Notes: generated from the sequence alone by a model not told the origin. DNA of 64,000 bases from Chiloscyllium plagiosum (GCF_004010195.1 NC_057757.1:1359524-1423523); one strand, 5' to 3'. Counted from the first letter of the stretch, positions 1 through 13,914 are shown. Numbers and translations are program-made.

Positions 1-3000
1 GAGGATTAGTCCCGAGGGAGCCCTCACTGGTGGAGGATTAGTCCCGAGGGAGCCCTCACTGGTGGAGGATTAGTCCCGAGGGAGCCCTCACTGGTGGAGG
101 ATTAGTCCCGAGGGAGCCCTCACTGGTGGAGGATTAGTCCCGAGGGAGCCCTCACTGGTGGAGGATTAGTCCCGAGGGAGCCCTCACTGGTGGAGGATTA
201 GTCCCGAGGGAGCCCTCACTGGTGGAGGATTAGTCCCGAGGGAGCCCTCACTGGTGGAGGATTAGTCCCGAGGGAGCCCTCACTGGTGGAGGATTAGTCC
301 CGAGGGAGCCCTCACTGGTGGAGGATTAGTCCCGAGGGAGCCCTCACTGGTGGAGGATTAGTCCCGAGGGAGCCCTCACTGGTGGAGGATTAGTCCCGAG
401 GGAGCCCTCACTGGTGGAGGATTAGTCCCGAGGGAGCCCTCACTGGTGGAGGATTAGTCCCGAGGGAGCCCTCACTGGTGGAGGATTAGTCCCGAGGGAG
501 CCCTCACTGGTGGAGGATTAGTCCCGAGGGAGCCCTCACTGGTGGAGGATTAGTCCCGAGGGAGCCCTCACTGGTGGAGGATTAGTCCCGAGGGAGCCCT
601 CACTGGTGGAGGATCAGTCCCGAGGGAGCCCTCACTGGTGGAGGATCAGTCCCGAGGGAGCCCTCACTGGTGGAGGATCAGTCCCGAGGGAGCCCTCACT
701 GATAGAGGATGAGTCCCGAGGGAGCCCTCAATGACAGAGGATCAGTCCCGAGGGAGCCCTCGCTGACGGAGGATCAGTCCCGAGGGAGCCCTCATTGACA
801 GAGGATCAGTCCCGAGGGAGCCCTCACTGGTGGAGGATCAGTCCCGAGGGAGCCCTCACTGACAGAGGATCAGTCCCGAGGGAGCACTCACTTGTGGAGG
901 ATCAGTCCTGAGGGAGCCCTCACTGGTGGAGGATTAGTCCCGAGGGAGCCCTCACTGGTGGAGGATCAGTCCCGAGGGAGCCCTCACTGACAGAGGATCA
1001 GTCCCGAGGGAGCCCTCACTGGTGGAGGATCAGTCCCAAGGGAGCCGTCACTGACAGAGGATCAGTCCCGAGGGTGCGCTCACTGCTGGAGGATCACTCC
1101 CGAGGGAGCCCTCACTGACGGAGGATCAGTCCCGAGGGAGCCGTCACTAACAGAGGATCAGTCCCGAGGGAGCCCTCACTGGTGGAGGATCAGTCCCGAG
1201 GGAGCCCTCACTGGTGGAGGATCGGTCCCGAGGGAGCCCTCACTGGTGGAGGATCAGTCCCGAGGGAGAACTCACTGGTGGAGGATCAGTCCCGAGGGGG
1301 CCCTCACTAGTGGAGGATCAGTCCCGAGGGGGCCCACACTGTCAGAGGATGAGTCCCGAGGGAGCCCTCACTGACAGAGGATCAGTCCCGAGGGAGCCCT
1401 AACTGGTGGAGGATCAGTCCGGAGGGAGACCTCACTGACAGAGGATCAGTCCCGAGGGAGCCCGCACTGCTGCAGGATCAGTCCCGAGGGAGCCCTCACT
1501 GGTGGAGGATCAGTCCCGAGGGAGCCCTCACTGACAGAGGTTCAGTCCCGAGGGAGCCCTCACTGACAGAGGATCAGTCCCGAGGGAGCCCTCACTGGTG
1601 GAGGATCAATCCCGAGGGAGCCCTCACTGACAGAGGATCAGTCCCGAGGGAGCACTCACTGGTGGAGGATCAGTCCCGAGGGAGCCCTCACTGGTGGAGG
1701 ATCAGTCCCGAGGGAGCCCTCACTAGTGGAGGATCAGTCCCGAGGGAGTCGTCACTGACAGAGGATCAGTCCCGAGGGAGCCCTCACTGGTGGAGGATCA
1801 GTCCCGAGGGAGCCCTCACTGACAGAGGATCAGTCCCGAGGGAGCCCTCACTGACGGGAATCAGTGCCGAGGGAGCCCACACTGACAGAGGATCAGTCCC
1901 GAGGGAGCCCTCACTAGTGGAGGATCAGTCCCGAGGGAGCCGTCACTGACAGAGGATCAGTCCCGAAGAAGCCCTCACTGGTGGAGGATCAGTCCCGAGG
2001 GAGCCGTCACTGACGGAGGATCAGTCCCGAGGGAGCCCTCACTGACAGAGGATCAGTCCCCAGGGAGCCCTCACTGACGGAGGATCAGTCCCGAGGGAGC
2101 CCTCACTGGTGCAGGATCTGTCCCGAGGGAGCCCTCACTGGTGGAGGATCAGTACCGAGGGAGCCCTCACTGTCAGAGGATCAGTCCCGAGGGAGCCCTC
2201 ACTGTCGGAGGATCAGTCCCGAGGGAGCCCTCACTGACAGAGGATCAGTCCCGATCGAGCCCTCACTGTCGGAGGATCAGTCCTGAGGGAGCCCTCACTG
2301 TCGGAGGATCAGCCCCGAGGGAGCCCTCACTGTCAGAGGATCAGTCCCGAGGGAGCCCTCGCTGGTGGAGGATTAGTCCCGATGGAGCCCTCACTGTCGG
2401 AGGATCAGTCCTGAGGGAGCCCTCACTGTCGGAGGATCAGTCCCGAGGGAGCCCTCACTGGTGGAGGATCAGTCCCGAGGGAGCCCTCACTGACAGAGGA
2501 TCAGTCCCGAAGGAGCCCTCACTGGTGGAGGATCAGTCCCGAGGGAGCCCTCACTGGTGGAGGATCAGTCCCGAAGGAGCCCTCACTGGTGGAGGATCAG
2601 TCCCGAGGGAGCCCTCACTGACAGAGGATCAGTCCCGAGGGAGCCCTCACTGACAGAGGATCAGTCCCGAGGGAGCCCTCACTGACAGAGGATCAGTCCC
2701 GAGGGAGCCCTCACTGACAGAGGATCAGTCCCGAGGGAGCCCTCACTGACAGAGGATCAGTCCCGAGGGAGCCCTCACTGACAGAGGATCAGTCCCGAGG
2801 GAGCCCTCACTGACAGAGGATCAGTCCCGAGGGAGCCCTCACTGACAGAGGATCAGTCCCGAGGGAGCCCTCACTGACAGAGGATCAGTCCCGAGGGAGC
2901 CCTCACTGACAGAGGATCAGTCCCGAGGGAGCCCTCACTGACAGAGGATCAGTCCCGAGGGAGCCCTCACTGACAGAGGATCAGTCCCGAGGGAGCCCTC

Positions 3001-5600
3001 ACTGACAGAGGATCAGTCCCGAGGGAGCCCTCACTGACAGAGGATCAGTCCCGAGGGAGCCCTCACTGACAGAGGATCAGTCCCGAGGGAGCCCTCACTG
3101 ACAGAGGATCAGTCCCGAGGGAGCCCTCACTGACAGAGGATCAGTCCCGAGGGAGCCCTCACTGACAGAGGATCAGTCCCGAGGGAGCCCTCACTGACAG
3201 AGGATCAGTCCCGAGGGAGCCCTCACTGACAGAGGATCAGTCCCGAGGGAGCCCTCACTGACAGAGGATCAGTCCCGAGGGAGCCCTCACTGACAGAGGA
3301 TCAGTCCCGAGGGAGCCCTCACTGACAGAGGATCAGTCCCGAGGGAGCCCTCACTGACAGAGGATCAGTCCCGAGGGAGCCCTCACTGACAGAGGATCAG
3401 TCCCGAGGGAGCCCTCACTGACAGAGGATCAGTCCCGAGGGAGCCCTCACTGACAGAGGATCAGTCCCGAGGGAGCCCTCACTGACAGAGGATCAGTCCC
3501 GAGGGAGCCCTCACTGACAGAGGATCAGTCCCGAGGGAGCCCTCACTGACAGAGGATCAGTCCCGAGGGAGCCCTCACTGACAGAGGATCAGTCCCGAGG
3601 GAGCCCTCACTGACAGAGGATCAGTCCCGAGGGAGCCCTCACTGACAGAGGATCAGTCCCGAGGGAGCCCTCACTGACAGAGGATCAGTCCCGAGGGAGC
3701 CCTCACTGACAGAGGATCAGTCCCGAGGGAGCCCTCACTGACAGAGGATCAGTCCCGAGGGAGCCCTCACTGACAGAGGATCAGTCCCGAGGGAGCCCTC
3801 ACTGACAGAGGATCAGTCCCGAGGGAGCCCTCACTGACAGAGGATCAGTCCCGAGGGAGCCCTCACTGACAGAGGATCAGTCCCGAGGGAGCCCTCACTG
3901 ACAGAGGATCAGTCCCGAGGGAGCCCTCACTGACAGAGGATCAGTCCCGAGGGAGCCCTCACTGACAGAGGATCAGTCCCGAGGGAGCCCTCACTGACAG
4001 AGGATCAGTCCCGAGGGAGCCCTCACTGACAGAGGATCAGTCCCGAGGGAGCCCTCACTGACAGAGGATCAGTCCCGAGGGAGCCCTCACTGACAGAGGA
4101 TCAGTCCCGAGGGAGCCCTCACTGACAGAGGATCAGTCCCGAGGGAGCCCTCACTGACAGAGGATCAGTCCCGAGGGAGCCCTCACTGACAGAGGATCAG
4201 TCCCGAGGGAGCCCTCACTGACAGAGGATCAGTCCCGAGGGAGCCCTCACTGACAGAGGATCAGTCCCGAGGGAGCCCTCACTGACAGAGGATCAGTCCC
4301 GAGGGAGCCCTCACTGACAGAGGATCAGTCCCGAGGGAGCCCTCACTGACAGAGGATCAGTCCCGAGGGAGCCCTCACTGACAGAGGATCAGTCCCGAGG
4401 GAGCCCTCACTGACAGAGGATCAGTCCCGAGGGAGCCCTCACTGACAGAGGATCAGTCCCGAGGGAGCCCTCACTGACAGAGGATCAGTCCCGAGGGAGC
4501 CCTCACTGACAGAGGATCAGTCCCGAGGGAGCCCTCACTGACAGAGGATCAGTCCCGAGGGAGCCCTCACTGACAGAGGATCAGTCCCGAGGGAGCCCTC
4601 ACTGACAGAGGATCAGTCCCGAGGGAGCCCTCACTGACAGAGGATCAGTCCCGAGGGAGCCCTCACTGACAGAGGATCAGTCCCGAGGGAGCCCTCACTG
4701 ACAGAGGATCAGTCCCGAGGGAGCCCTCACTGACAGAGGATCAGTCCCGAGGGAGCCCTCACTGACAGAGGATCAGTCCCGAGGGAGCCCTCACTGACAG
4801 AGGATCAGTCCCGAGGGAGCCCTCACTGACAGAGGATCAGTCCCGAGGGAGCCCTCACTGACAGAGGATCAGTCCCGAGGGAGCCCTCACTGACAGAGGA
4901 TCAGTCCCGAGGGAGCCCTCACTGACAGAGGATCAGTCCCGAGGGAGCCCTCACTGACAGAGGATCAGTCCCGAGGGAGCCCTCACTGACAGAGGATCAG
5001 TCCCGAGGGAGCCCTCACTGACAGAGGATCAGTCCCGAGGGAGCCCTCACTGACAGAGGATCAGTCCCGAGGGAGCCCTCACTGACAGAGGATCAGTCCC
5101 GAGGGAGCCCTCACTGACAGAGGATCAGTCCCGAGGGAGCCCTCACTGACAGAGGATCAGTCCCGAGGGAGCCCTCACTGACAGAGGATCAGTCCCGAGG
5201 GAGCCCTCACTGACAGAGGATCAGTCCCGAGGGAGCCCTCACTGACAGAGGATCAGTCCCGAGGGAGCCCTCACTGACAGAGGATCAGTCCCGAGGGAGC
5301 CCTCACTGACAGAGGATCAGTCCCGAGGGAGCCCTCACTGACAGAGGATCAGTCCCGAGGGAGCCCTCACTGACAGAGGATCAGTCCCGAGGGAGCCCTC
5401 ACTGACAGAGGATCAGTCCCGAGGGAGCCCTCACTGACAAGCCCCGAGCGGGCCCACACTGACAGAGGATGAGTCCCGAGGGACCCCTCACTGACAGAGG
5501 ATCAGTCCCGAGGGAGCCCTCACTAGTGGAGGATCAGTCCCGAGGGAGCCCTCACTGACAGAGGATCAGTCCCGAGGGAGCCCTCACTGGTGGACGATCA
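1..5600. repeat. 32-bp minisatellite (~175 copies), consensus GAGGATCAGTCCCGAGGGAGCCCTCACTGACA
   Basis: Direct 32-nt periodicity. 19 identical copies of variant ...GATTAGT...GGTG (1-608), mixed variants 609-2591, 89 identical copies of variant ...GACA (2592-5439), degenerate end. Runs off the left edge. Confidence 0.97.
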
Positions 5601-6095
5601 GTACCATGGGAGTGCTGCAGTGCTATCTTTTTAATGAGGCTTTCTACAGAGGCCTCTGCCACAGCACTATTCCCAGCACAGATGTTCCTGTGTGGAAGTG
5701 AATACGCCGCTGGCACTATTGAAAAGAAAATGTTCTCCGTGCTGTCCCGTGCTGTCTTCCATGCCTTCACTTAAATCACTGAAAAATGTAAAGCAAAAGA
5801 CTGTGGATGCTGAAACTCTGAAATAAAACAGAATGTGCTGCAGAGTCACATTGGATTTACAATATTAACCATTTTTCTGTCCTCGGGTGGTGCCAGACCT
5901 GCTCAAGTTCCCAGCACGAACCTCTTTTTTCATCAGTGAACAAATAGACTATCAGGCAACTATCGCAGTTTGCTCCGCGCTGTGTGAACCTTAACCACTT
6001 GGACCTTTCAAAAAGCTATTCCATTGACAGCGGAGCACTCTGTGCTCTCCTGTGGTGGTGATAGGGTGCCACAGAAATGTAAGTTCTTTGTTTTT
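5595..6095 (+). mobile_element. Decayed Deu-domain SINE body/tail contiguous with the minisatellite
   Basis: CAGTACCATGGGAGTGCTGCA..., GGCACTATTGAAAAG, AAATAGACTATC and tail GGTGCCACAGAAATGTAAGTTCTT resemble the better-preserved SINE at 35935-36345 and Deu-SINE motifs. A short unrelated fragment interrupts it near 5790-5920. Confidence 0.5.
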
Positions 6096-9079
6096 CAGAG
6101 CTGCTGCATTTGTAAATGCCTTCATCTATAACGGACTGACTGGCAGTTCACGAAAAGAGAGAAAGTACAAACCAAGAGTGCACCCCAGTGCGAGAATGAA
6201 ATGACAGGCATTTCCAAGATCCAAACACTCTTGTCAGGTCAGACCTGCCTGTGAACTTTGGGCGAGCTTTCGGTCTAATTATACCCTGGGGGAGGGGTAA
6301 CAAAAGTTCCTTGTGCCTTTCTGTAAGCTGGGGCTGTTTTCCGGTGGCATTTCCGCAAGGATTCCATGTGTCCTGTTATCGACACCCTGGAGACTTCAGA
6401 GCCAGTGTTCACAGAAACAGCAGCTGCAAATGGCTGGGCTACATTTACACAGATCAGCATCCAACTGGGGTTTCACAAGAACTGGATTCCCTCCCAGTGC
6501 TCTTCATCTGTGTAGGTGGGAATGCTTTGCTGCCAGCCGGGTGGCTTCAGATTTTTCTTTTATCGGAGTGACTCTTACTTTTGCTACAATGTCTGTAAAC
6601 TCCCACAAATTGACAGTAAAACTGAACAACACAGGAGGAATTAAATAAAGGGAGGATTTGGGAAGCAGACAACAACGGTCGATCTCTCCCAGTGTGTGTG
6701 GAGACAGAAGGGGACCATCTGGACCGGGAGTAAAACAAAGGCTTCTGCTGTCAGGATTGAGCCACACTGACCCTTTTGCCTTTAATTGTACCCGCACATT
6801 TTAGTTCTGTCCGTTCCTCCTCTTTGAACTGTTATTTCCAGCTAGTTTTCCTGTTTCTCTGAGTCTGTAACTCCCTCCTTCTGTTTTGCTAGCTTACCGC
6901 GCTATTTTTGTTTGACTGTCTCTCTATGAATATCAGTTTTCCGGACTGGGACTCTCTTTTTGGATTTGCAATCTTTATTTCTGTCTGACTGTCCCTATTT
7001 TGGTCCCTGTCCATTTCAGGTTCCCTATCTGTGCCTCTCTCGCTCTGACTTCCCCCTTTTGGGCTGTAATCTCTATTTCTGTCCAACCATGTCAGATGAT
7101 ACCTGCCTCTCTGCCTGGCTATCCTGTTGGCTATTTCTTTCAAATCTGAATATGGGCTGAAAGTGGACTGGAAACCCAATGGAATAGGACTGTTTACTCA
7201 GTTTGTTCACACAAGTCAATGAACTCACTCCTTTAATTCTCCTGTCAAGGGCTAGGTCAATGTGGCATTACTGCATTAAGTGATGCAATGTAATTATATT
7301 TTTAGTAACAGAATCTTCCATGCGAAAGAGAGATTTATCTATTAATAACAAGAGGATTTACACATCCCATTCATAGGAAACTGAGTTTAGGGGAAACATT
7401 TTGCCATTTGGTACAAAATATGACATCTAATTTTATATTTAAGATCTGTTGAATGCTTCTGTAATCTTCTGGAACCTTCTTCAGATTTTTGACAGCTATG
7501 TTCAAACTGACAAGTCCAAAAGGAATATGACATGGGTTGATGAATCCCCCCCAGGAGTGTCACATTTGCTGTTAAATAATGTAATAAAAAAGGAGTTTCT
7601 CTTGTTGCCCCAGCATTGTGAATAACCTCATACAAACTACAATTTGCATTTATAGAGCGCCACTTTGGTACTGAAATATCCCAAGGGGTTTCGTGGTAGA
7701 TTAATCAGAAACGGACTCCGAGCCGAATAAGGAGATATTAGGGCCGAAGATCAGAAGTTTGGACCATGAGGTAAGTTTAAGGAACATCTTAAAGGAGGGA
7801 GGTGAAGAAGGAATTCTAGAATTAAGGCTGAGATGGCTAAAGGCATCAGAGGACCTTCAGAGGTTTTATGTTAAGATGCTATAAAATCTCAAGTTGTTAT
7901 GTCATAGTTATATTTATTGCTAGAAGATGGATGTAGTGTAATATATTCATGTCTGAAATATGCATCCTGTTTCAATTATATCTAATATTTGAATTTATGA
8001 ATAATTTTGACACTAATGCAAAGGTAAGGTAATATCTATGTGCAGTTTGTATAAAGATATTCAATATGGTTTGTGCATGTACTTGATATAGCAGTTAAAA
8101 TAAATGTACATTGATGTAAAATCACTCAGCATAGGAGGAGGCAATTTGGCCCCTTGTTCCTGCATTGACTCTTTTTGCTTAGCTTCTTAGCCTTCTCTTC
8201 TTCCCCACAGTCTGTAGTCTTTCCTTTTCAAGCATTTATAGCATCCCCTTTGCACATTCGAAAGTTACTTTTGAAATTGCTTCCACTATACTTCCAGGCA
8301 GTGCACTTCAAGTTTGCTGTTAAAAAAATCATCTCCTACTCTGATTTTTTTTCTTAATCTATATCCTCTAATTATCAAACCTCTTGTGAATAGAAACAGC
8401 TTCTCCATATTTAGTTTATTAAAACCCTTGGGTTTTTTTTTCAAAACTCCTAACTCCTTTCTCTACTTTAAGATGAATAATTCCAACTTCTGACAAAACT
8501 GAAGTACTGTATACACAAGGTGCTGACAGATCAGTGCAAGCTCCCCTCCTCCAAATAAAGTCAATCTCTTACCTTTCCCCCACTGCTCTCAGACACATCC
8601 CATCTTATTCTGTAGTTTCTCCACTATTACCCTCAAGCTCTCTCTCTCTGAGCACCTTTCATCTATGAGATCTATCCCTGATTCCTCCCTCCTCCTCCCC
8701 AATCTCCCAGTCTGCTCCTAAATAGCCTAGTTCTCCCACCCCCACCACTCCATATTAGGTACTTACCTCATTTTTGGTCCTATCATGACAACTGGAATGC
8801 ACTGCTGAAAGTTCAGTGGAAGCATTCCAGAGTGCATTGCATAATTATTCAAATAGATATGATGTTCAGGGGAAAAGACAAGAGAGTGGCACTAAGTCAT
8901 GACACACACTTGGACACGATGAGCTGAATGGCTTTCTCCTCCACCGTAACAATTCTGTGATTCTGCCAGCACCCTCCTCTCTTTTAGCTGCAAATGACAT
9001 CCTCTGCAAGTATGACAATGGTGAATGGGGGTGAGCTCTGACCTGGTCAGCCAATGCCTCTCTGTTTTCCAATTTAGTG

Positions 9080-9335
9080 GGATTGTCCTCATTTGTTTCA
9101 ATCCTTACCTATGCAATCATAGTTAGCTCATCTCCAGTCTTGACTTCTCTATCTACCTTACACTGTTACTATGGAATCCCCAATTTTATTGTACCTTATC
9201 TACATGTTTCCCCTTGGTGATATCATGAAAGGCAAGGGTTTGACCTCCACATGTATAATGACAACATTCAGCTCTGTCTCTTCATGTCTACTCTCCACTC
9301 CTTCCACTGCCTCTCTATTGTTAGACTGCTTGTGC
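9080..9335 (+). mobile_element. L2-type LINE reverse transcriptase fragment
   Basis: Translates to ...LYLIYMFPLGDIMKG... followed by a degenerate HMYADDTQL-like stretch, typical of L2 RT. Confidence 0.65.
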
Positions 9336-10394
9336 TTAATTAAAACACAATTACCCCTTCCCTTTCCTTTAACAACACTTCATTTATAGAGCACTTATAA
9401 TTTAATTAACCTTTCCAAAATGCTTCCATCAAACAAAATTTGGCACCAAGAGTCACAAAGAAATATGGCAGTAGGCAGCCAACAGCTTGATCGAAGATGC
9501 AGATTTACTCAGTGAATTAGAAAAAGGTTCAGAGGTTTTGGGATGGAATTCCAGAGCTCAGGGCCAAAGCAGCAAAATGCACAACCTGTCACCACACAAG
9601 AAGTCAGAACTGAAGAGACACAGAACTCTCAGGGCAATGTGAGATTGGAGGAGGTTAGAAAGATAGACAGCAGTAAGATTGTCTTTTCACCTATAGCCAC
9701 TGACTGACTGCTTCTGCACAAAATATTGAAAAAGCATTTGCAGCAGGTTCTGGTTGGACAGCTGTCGTAGCAGAACTTAATTTGCAGGGATCTATGAGAG
9801 CAAAAGAAATCAACAATACTCAAAAAAAAAATCAATTGAACTGACAATAATCAGCCTTTATTGTAAGTACTGCAGCACTTGGCTGAAACTTAGCAAGAGG
9901 AGGGATTCAGATCGTTCCCTATTTCCCTTCCAAGTTTCGCACCTTTACAAAAGAAAAGGAACACATTATATATTTTAAAATATGCTAAACAATTACAGAT
10001 TACCATGAAATGTGCATCATCTGTAACACTGAACCTTAGTCTAAAACAAAATTAATCATTTGGGTCATTCCATGATTCTGTTTCTATTATACGGACCTTT
10101 TGTTTAGGCTAAGATCTGCCTAAATGTTCAAAATGTTCAAGGAGCTGTTACAAGGTTAAGAATCAGCCTGTGTCATGTTTACTGTTTCCGACCTCTCTTC
10201 ACAGTTTTTTAACTTACAGAATTATAACTCGAGAATTGACTAACATTTTTCCCCATCATGCATTGTTAAATGTTCCCCACAATACCACAGAGCTAAGTAC
10301 TGGTATGTTGGAAAAAACACTCATTTGCTTCAACTGTTGAATTGCACATAGATCTTTTGTTTCAGGACAAGATCAATTCAACAAGATCAGCCTC

Positions 10395-10700
10395 ACATTC
10401 ACTTTGGTCAGCTCACCTCTGGACTGTAGCACACAGCCCCGGGAATTAATCTTCAGAAGGACGAGGTGCAGAGGCTTGGAAACATCAGCAAGTTCCCTGC
10501 CAGAACTCAAACCACCTTTACTTGGAAATATATTGCCATTCCTTCAGTATTACTACGTCAAATTCCTCCCTAGTGGCACTGTTGGGTTCCGATGGGCCAA
10601 GGATGGCAATAGTTCAAGAAGGCAGCTCACCACTATCTTCTCCAGGATAATTAGGGATGAGGATTAAATGGTAACCCAGCCAGTGGTGCTCACAGCAGAT
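10395..10700 (+). mobile_element. LINE 3' end, clade uncertain; same family at 11320-11700 and 13915-14395
   Basis: Shared motifs ACTTGGAAATATATTGCC, CAAGAAGGCAGCTCACCAC and tail AGGGATGGGCAATAAA-like/CCAGCC. Confidence 0.6.
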
Positions 10701-11319
10701 TAAACATTTTTAAAAATGTTAAAGTTATGATGCCAGGTTGCCTGAAAAATGGCAGAAACCTGGAACTCACTGTTCTAAAAATCTGTCAAGGCTGGAGGTA
10801 AGTTGAAAGCTTTGCAGTTGAGACAGATTTTGATGGGCAAAGATGTAAAGGTTACAAGATGTGGGGAGGTAAGATACGAACCAGTAGTGCATGACGAGAT
10901 CTGAATGGCCTCCTCCTGTTTCCAACTTCATTGCATAATTTCCAGTGCTCCACTGGATTCAGGACGAGTGAAATATGGAGTAAGGATGAACATTCAACAA
11001 ATCCAGGCCCTTCCTTCATGGGAACAAAGAGCCCATTTGGGATTTGGTAGTTGACCAACTTCAGGAATGAAGGATTGTTGCTGTGTTGAGGGATGGTGCA
11101 GTTGACGTGTGGAAGAAAAGGTGGGAGCAACCATTAAGCACTCCTGATATGATACTGTCTCAAGAAAGCTCTCAGATATGTTAAAGAATTCATCAAAGGT
11201 GACTTGGAGAAAGTAATTTCTCTCCTGAAGAAACTGTTTACCAGGGGACATAATGTTTAAAGTCAGAACTCCAGATGTTTAGCAGCAAAATCACGAGGTC
11301 ACAGAAAAGGTGTGACTGA

Positions 11320-11700
11320 CATCCACTTGCTCCTCTGACGCTCAATAGCAGCAGTGAGTACTATCTACAAGGTGCACTGCGGAAGTTCACCAAGGCTCCT
11401 CAGACAGCACCTTTCAAACCCATGACCTCTTCCATCTAGAAGGACGAGGCCAGCAGATACATGGGAATACCATCCCCTGCAAGTTCCCCACTGAACCCCT
11501 TACCGTCTTGACTTGGAAATATATTGCCTTTCCTTCACTGTTGCTGGGTCAAAATCCTGGAATTCCCTCTTCTAGTGTATTATGGGTCAACCTACAGCAC
11601 ATGGATTGCAGCGGTACAAGTAGGCAGCTCACTACCACCTTCTCAAGGATCGGCAATAGATGCTGGCCAGCCAACAATGCCTACGTCCCACAAATGAGGA
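11320..11700 (+). mobile_element. LINE 3' end (same family as 10395 and 13915 copies)
   Basis: IYKVHC..SPRLLRQHL-like translation plus shared 3' tail. Confidence 0.65.
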
Positions 11701-12881
11701 AAAAGGTAGTGGAAATCTGAAATGCTAAAACTGCGTGCATGGTGGGATGCATACGTCTTTCAAGAGTAAGTTTTTTTTGTTGGGTAGGAGTGTCGAGGAA
11801 CGGCTGCTAAATAGAGTTAAGGTACAGATCAGCCATGTTCTAACTGATGGAGCCGGTTCCAGGTCTGTTGGTCTACTGCAGTTTAATTAACTTACAATTT
11901 CCCCCCTTCCCTTTAGTAAGGGACCCTTCCTTCACATCCTTTGTTGTATTAAGCTAAACCGGACACATTTCTCTCCACAGGATCTGGCCAATGTTTAATA
12001 CCTAGCGGGGAACACTTCCCCTATTCAGAGCTCCCCCTCTTTAAACTGTCCCTGGTGGTGAGGAGATTGCAACATTTCACTGAAGGTTAAAAAGCCTGAC
12101 CATTTTTGCTCAAAAAAGGGTCACATTTCCCTGGTCCTGATCCCACCTTGTTGCCAGTGCTGCTATCGGGATGAGCAAGTGGCAGGACTCAACCCTCAAC
12201 CTAACTCATGCTGAGAGCCCTGGAAGGAGATAAGGCCCGGAAAGGATTATGTAACCAACAGACAGTTTTACCGTGGGCCACACATTCCAGCCTCGATATC
12301 TTAAAGCTCCAGACCTTTTGAGTACTGAGGCCCATAGGCGAGCAGAGCCCAGAGGGTACAGCTCCCAACTCCAAAATGACAGGCATTAGGCAAAGTTAGA
12401 TCCAGCGCTCACTCCCATCACCTGCTGCATCTACCAAGGGGTCAGGGAGATTATGGGATCAAAATCATCGGAAGTTTTCGTGCACCAGTCCAAAAACAAC
12501 CCACAAATAGCTCAGGCGCCTTAATTATTGTGGCGTAGTCATGGACACCGAGACGGATCGACTGCTTCCTCTCACTGTCTCCTTTACATTGCAGACGCTT
12601 TGCAAATGTTTGGAGCCGTGCACACACACACACACACACCCCGCTTCGAATGCATGTTGCTGTTGGAGCGGCTTGGACCCCTTTTCAAATGCATGCACAA
12701 CCCCCTCTGTCCATTTCTTTCGCGCTGTTTGCAGCGGAATATCCCAACATCCCCGCTCACAGTCAGGGAAGAGAGGCACTCACATCACCAACCAGGATGC
12801 TCAGGATCCGCCAAAGCCGAATGCATTGGGTGGCAAGATGCAAAATAAAAATACCACGCCGAGGAAAGCCAGGTGACTTAC

Positions 12882-13050
12882 CTGTGGTTGAATGGATGGT
12901 GAGGGCAGACACACAGACACACACACACACAGACAGAGGATGCAGACAGCGACAGGTAGGCGAGGTACCAGCAGCAGGAGCAGCAGACACACAGTAGCTA
13001 GCTACCCGTTTGCTGCTCAAGGTTGTGTCTCTGCCTGTTTGTGTGGGCTT
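12882..13050 (-). other. Probable 5'-UTR first exon of an unidentified minus-strand gene
   Basis: Consensus donor CAG|GTAAGT on the minus strand (intron starts at 12881). TE-free, CpG-enriched context 12.5-13.1 kb with (CA)n tracts. No ATG in the exon; 5' end uncertain. Confidence 0.5.
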
Positions 13051-13914
13051 TTTTTTGGGGGGGGGGGGGGAATGATGAGCAAATGGGAAGAGTCTCGCGA
13101 TGTTTGCAAAGGATCTGGGGGGGTGGGGGAGGTGAGAGCCAGCATTTGTCCACAATGTAAGGGATGGGCATGGAGGCAATGGGCTGAGGACAGGGAGAAG
13201 GATGCAGAAGTCTGGTTGAACTGATTCTGTCAGTCAGCTCCTCCGTTCCACCAGGAGGCAAACTAATGTCACATTCAGAACTGTTGAAGCACTCGAGGTT
13301 TCAAGGCTTTCTTTTTAATTGTGCTGAAAAGGTATTTTGCTCTCTCTATATGAAAAAAAAACATATTTCCTATTGAAAGTTATCATTTTGTACTGTGCAC
13401 AGATAACGCAAATGATTGCTCCCTGCTCTGTGTTTTGTCTTTGAAGATCTCGGTGCTGCCCCTGATTTTGGAATTTTCCTTTATTTAACCACCAAGTCTG
13501 AACAATTAGAGCTTCTAGTTCTGTATTTTAAACCTCTTGGGAATTAATTACATTGGATGTTCAGGGCTAACATTGTACCTGCCGAGAAGATTTTACAAAC
13601 GACTGGTTTTCTGGAACGGAATAAAGCCACATTAGGAGTCGGGTTAGGGAGCAGGTATAATTGAGGAACTCTCCAGCTGTGGTTAGTTTGGTTTTGTGCT
13701 GATTCTTTTGGACAATGCTGTTAAAAAAAACAGCTTCCTTCATCAGATCGAGTGCAGCATCAAACATACAATTTGTCGGTATATTAAAAAATGCCGAGCG
13801 GCCAACAGAGTTTGATTTTGAATTTGGAACTCAATGCCCAAAATCAGTTTTAGTCCCCCCCCCAAAAGACCCAGATTCCCCAAAGCCTGTCCACAATTTA
13901 CAAACCACCTGGCG

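Noticed and set aside
1214..2653. Repetitive ORFs (EDQSRGSPHWW...)
   Set aside because: By-products of a 32-bp unit cycling through frames; non-ATG starts, no splice signals.
1..5600. CRISPR-like array (32-bp, partly palindromic repeat)
   Set aside because: Units are directly adjacent with no unique spacers, there are no cas genes, and the context is vertebrate.
12801..12992. Signal-peptide-like ORF MCLLLLLLVPRL...
   Set aside because: Starts at GTG with an in-frame stop just upstream; hydrophobicity comes from (CTG)n and (TG)n tracts.
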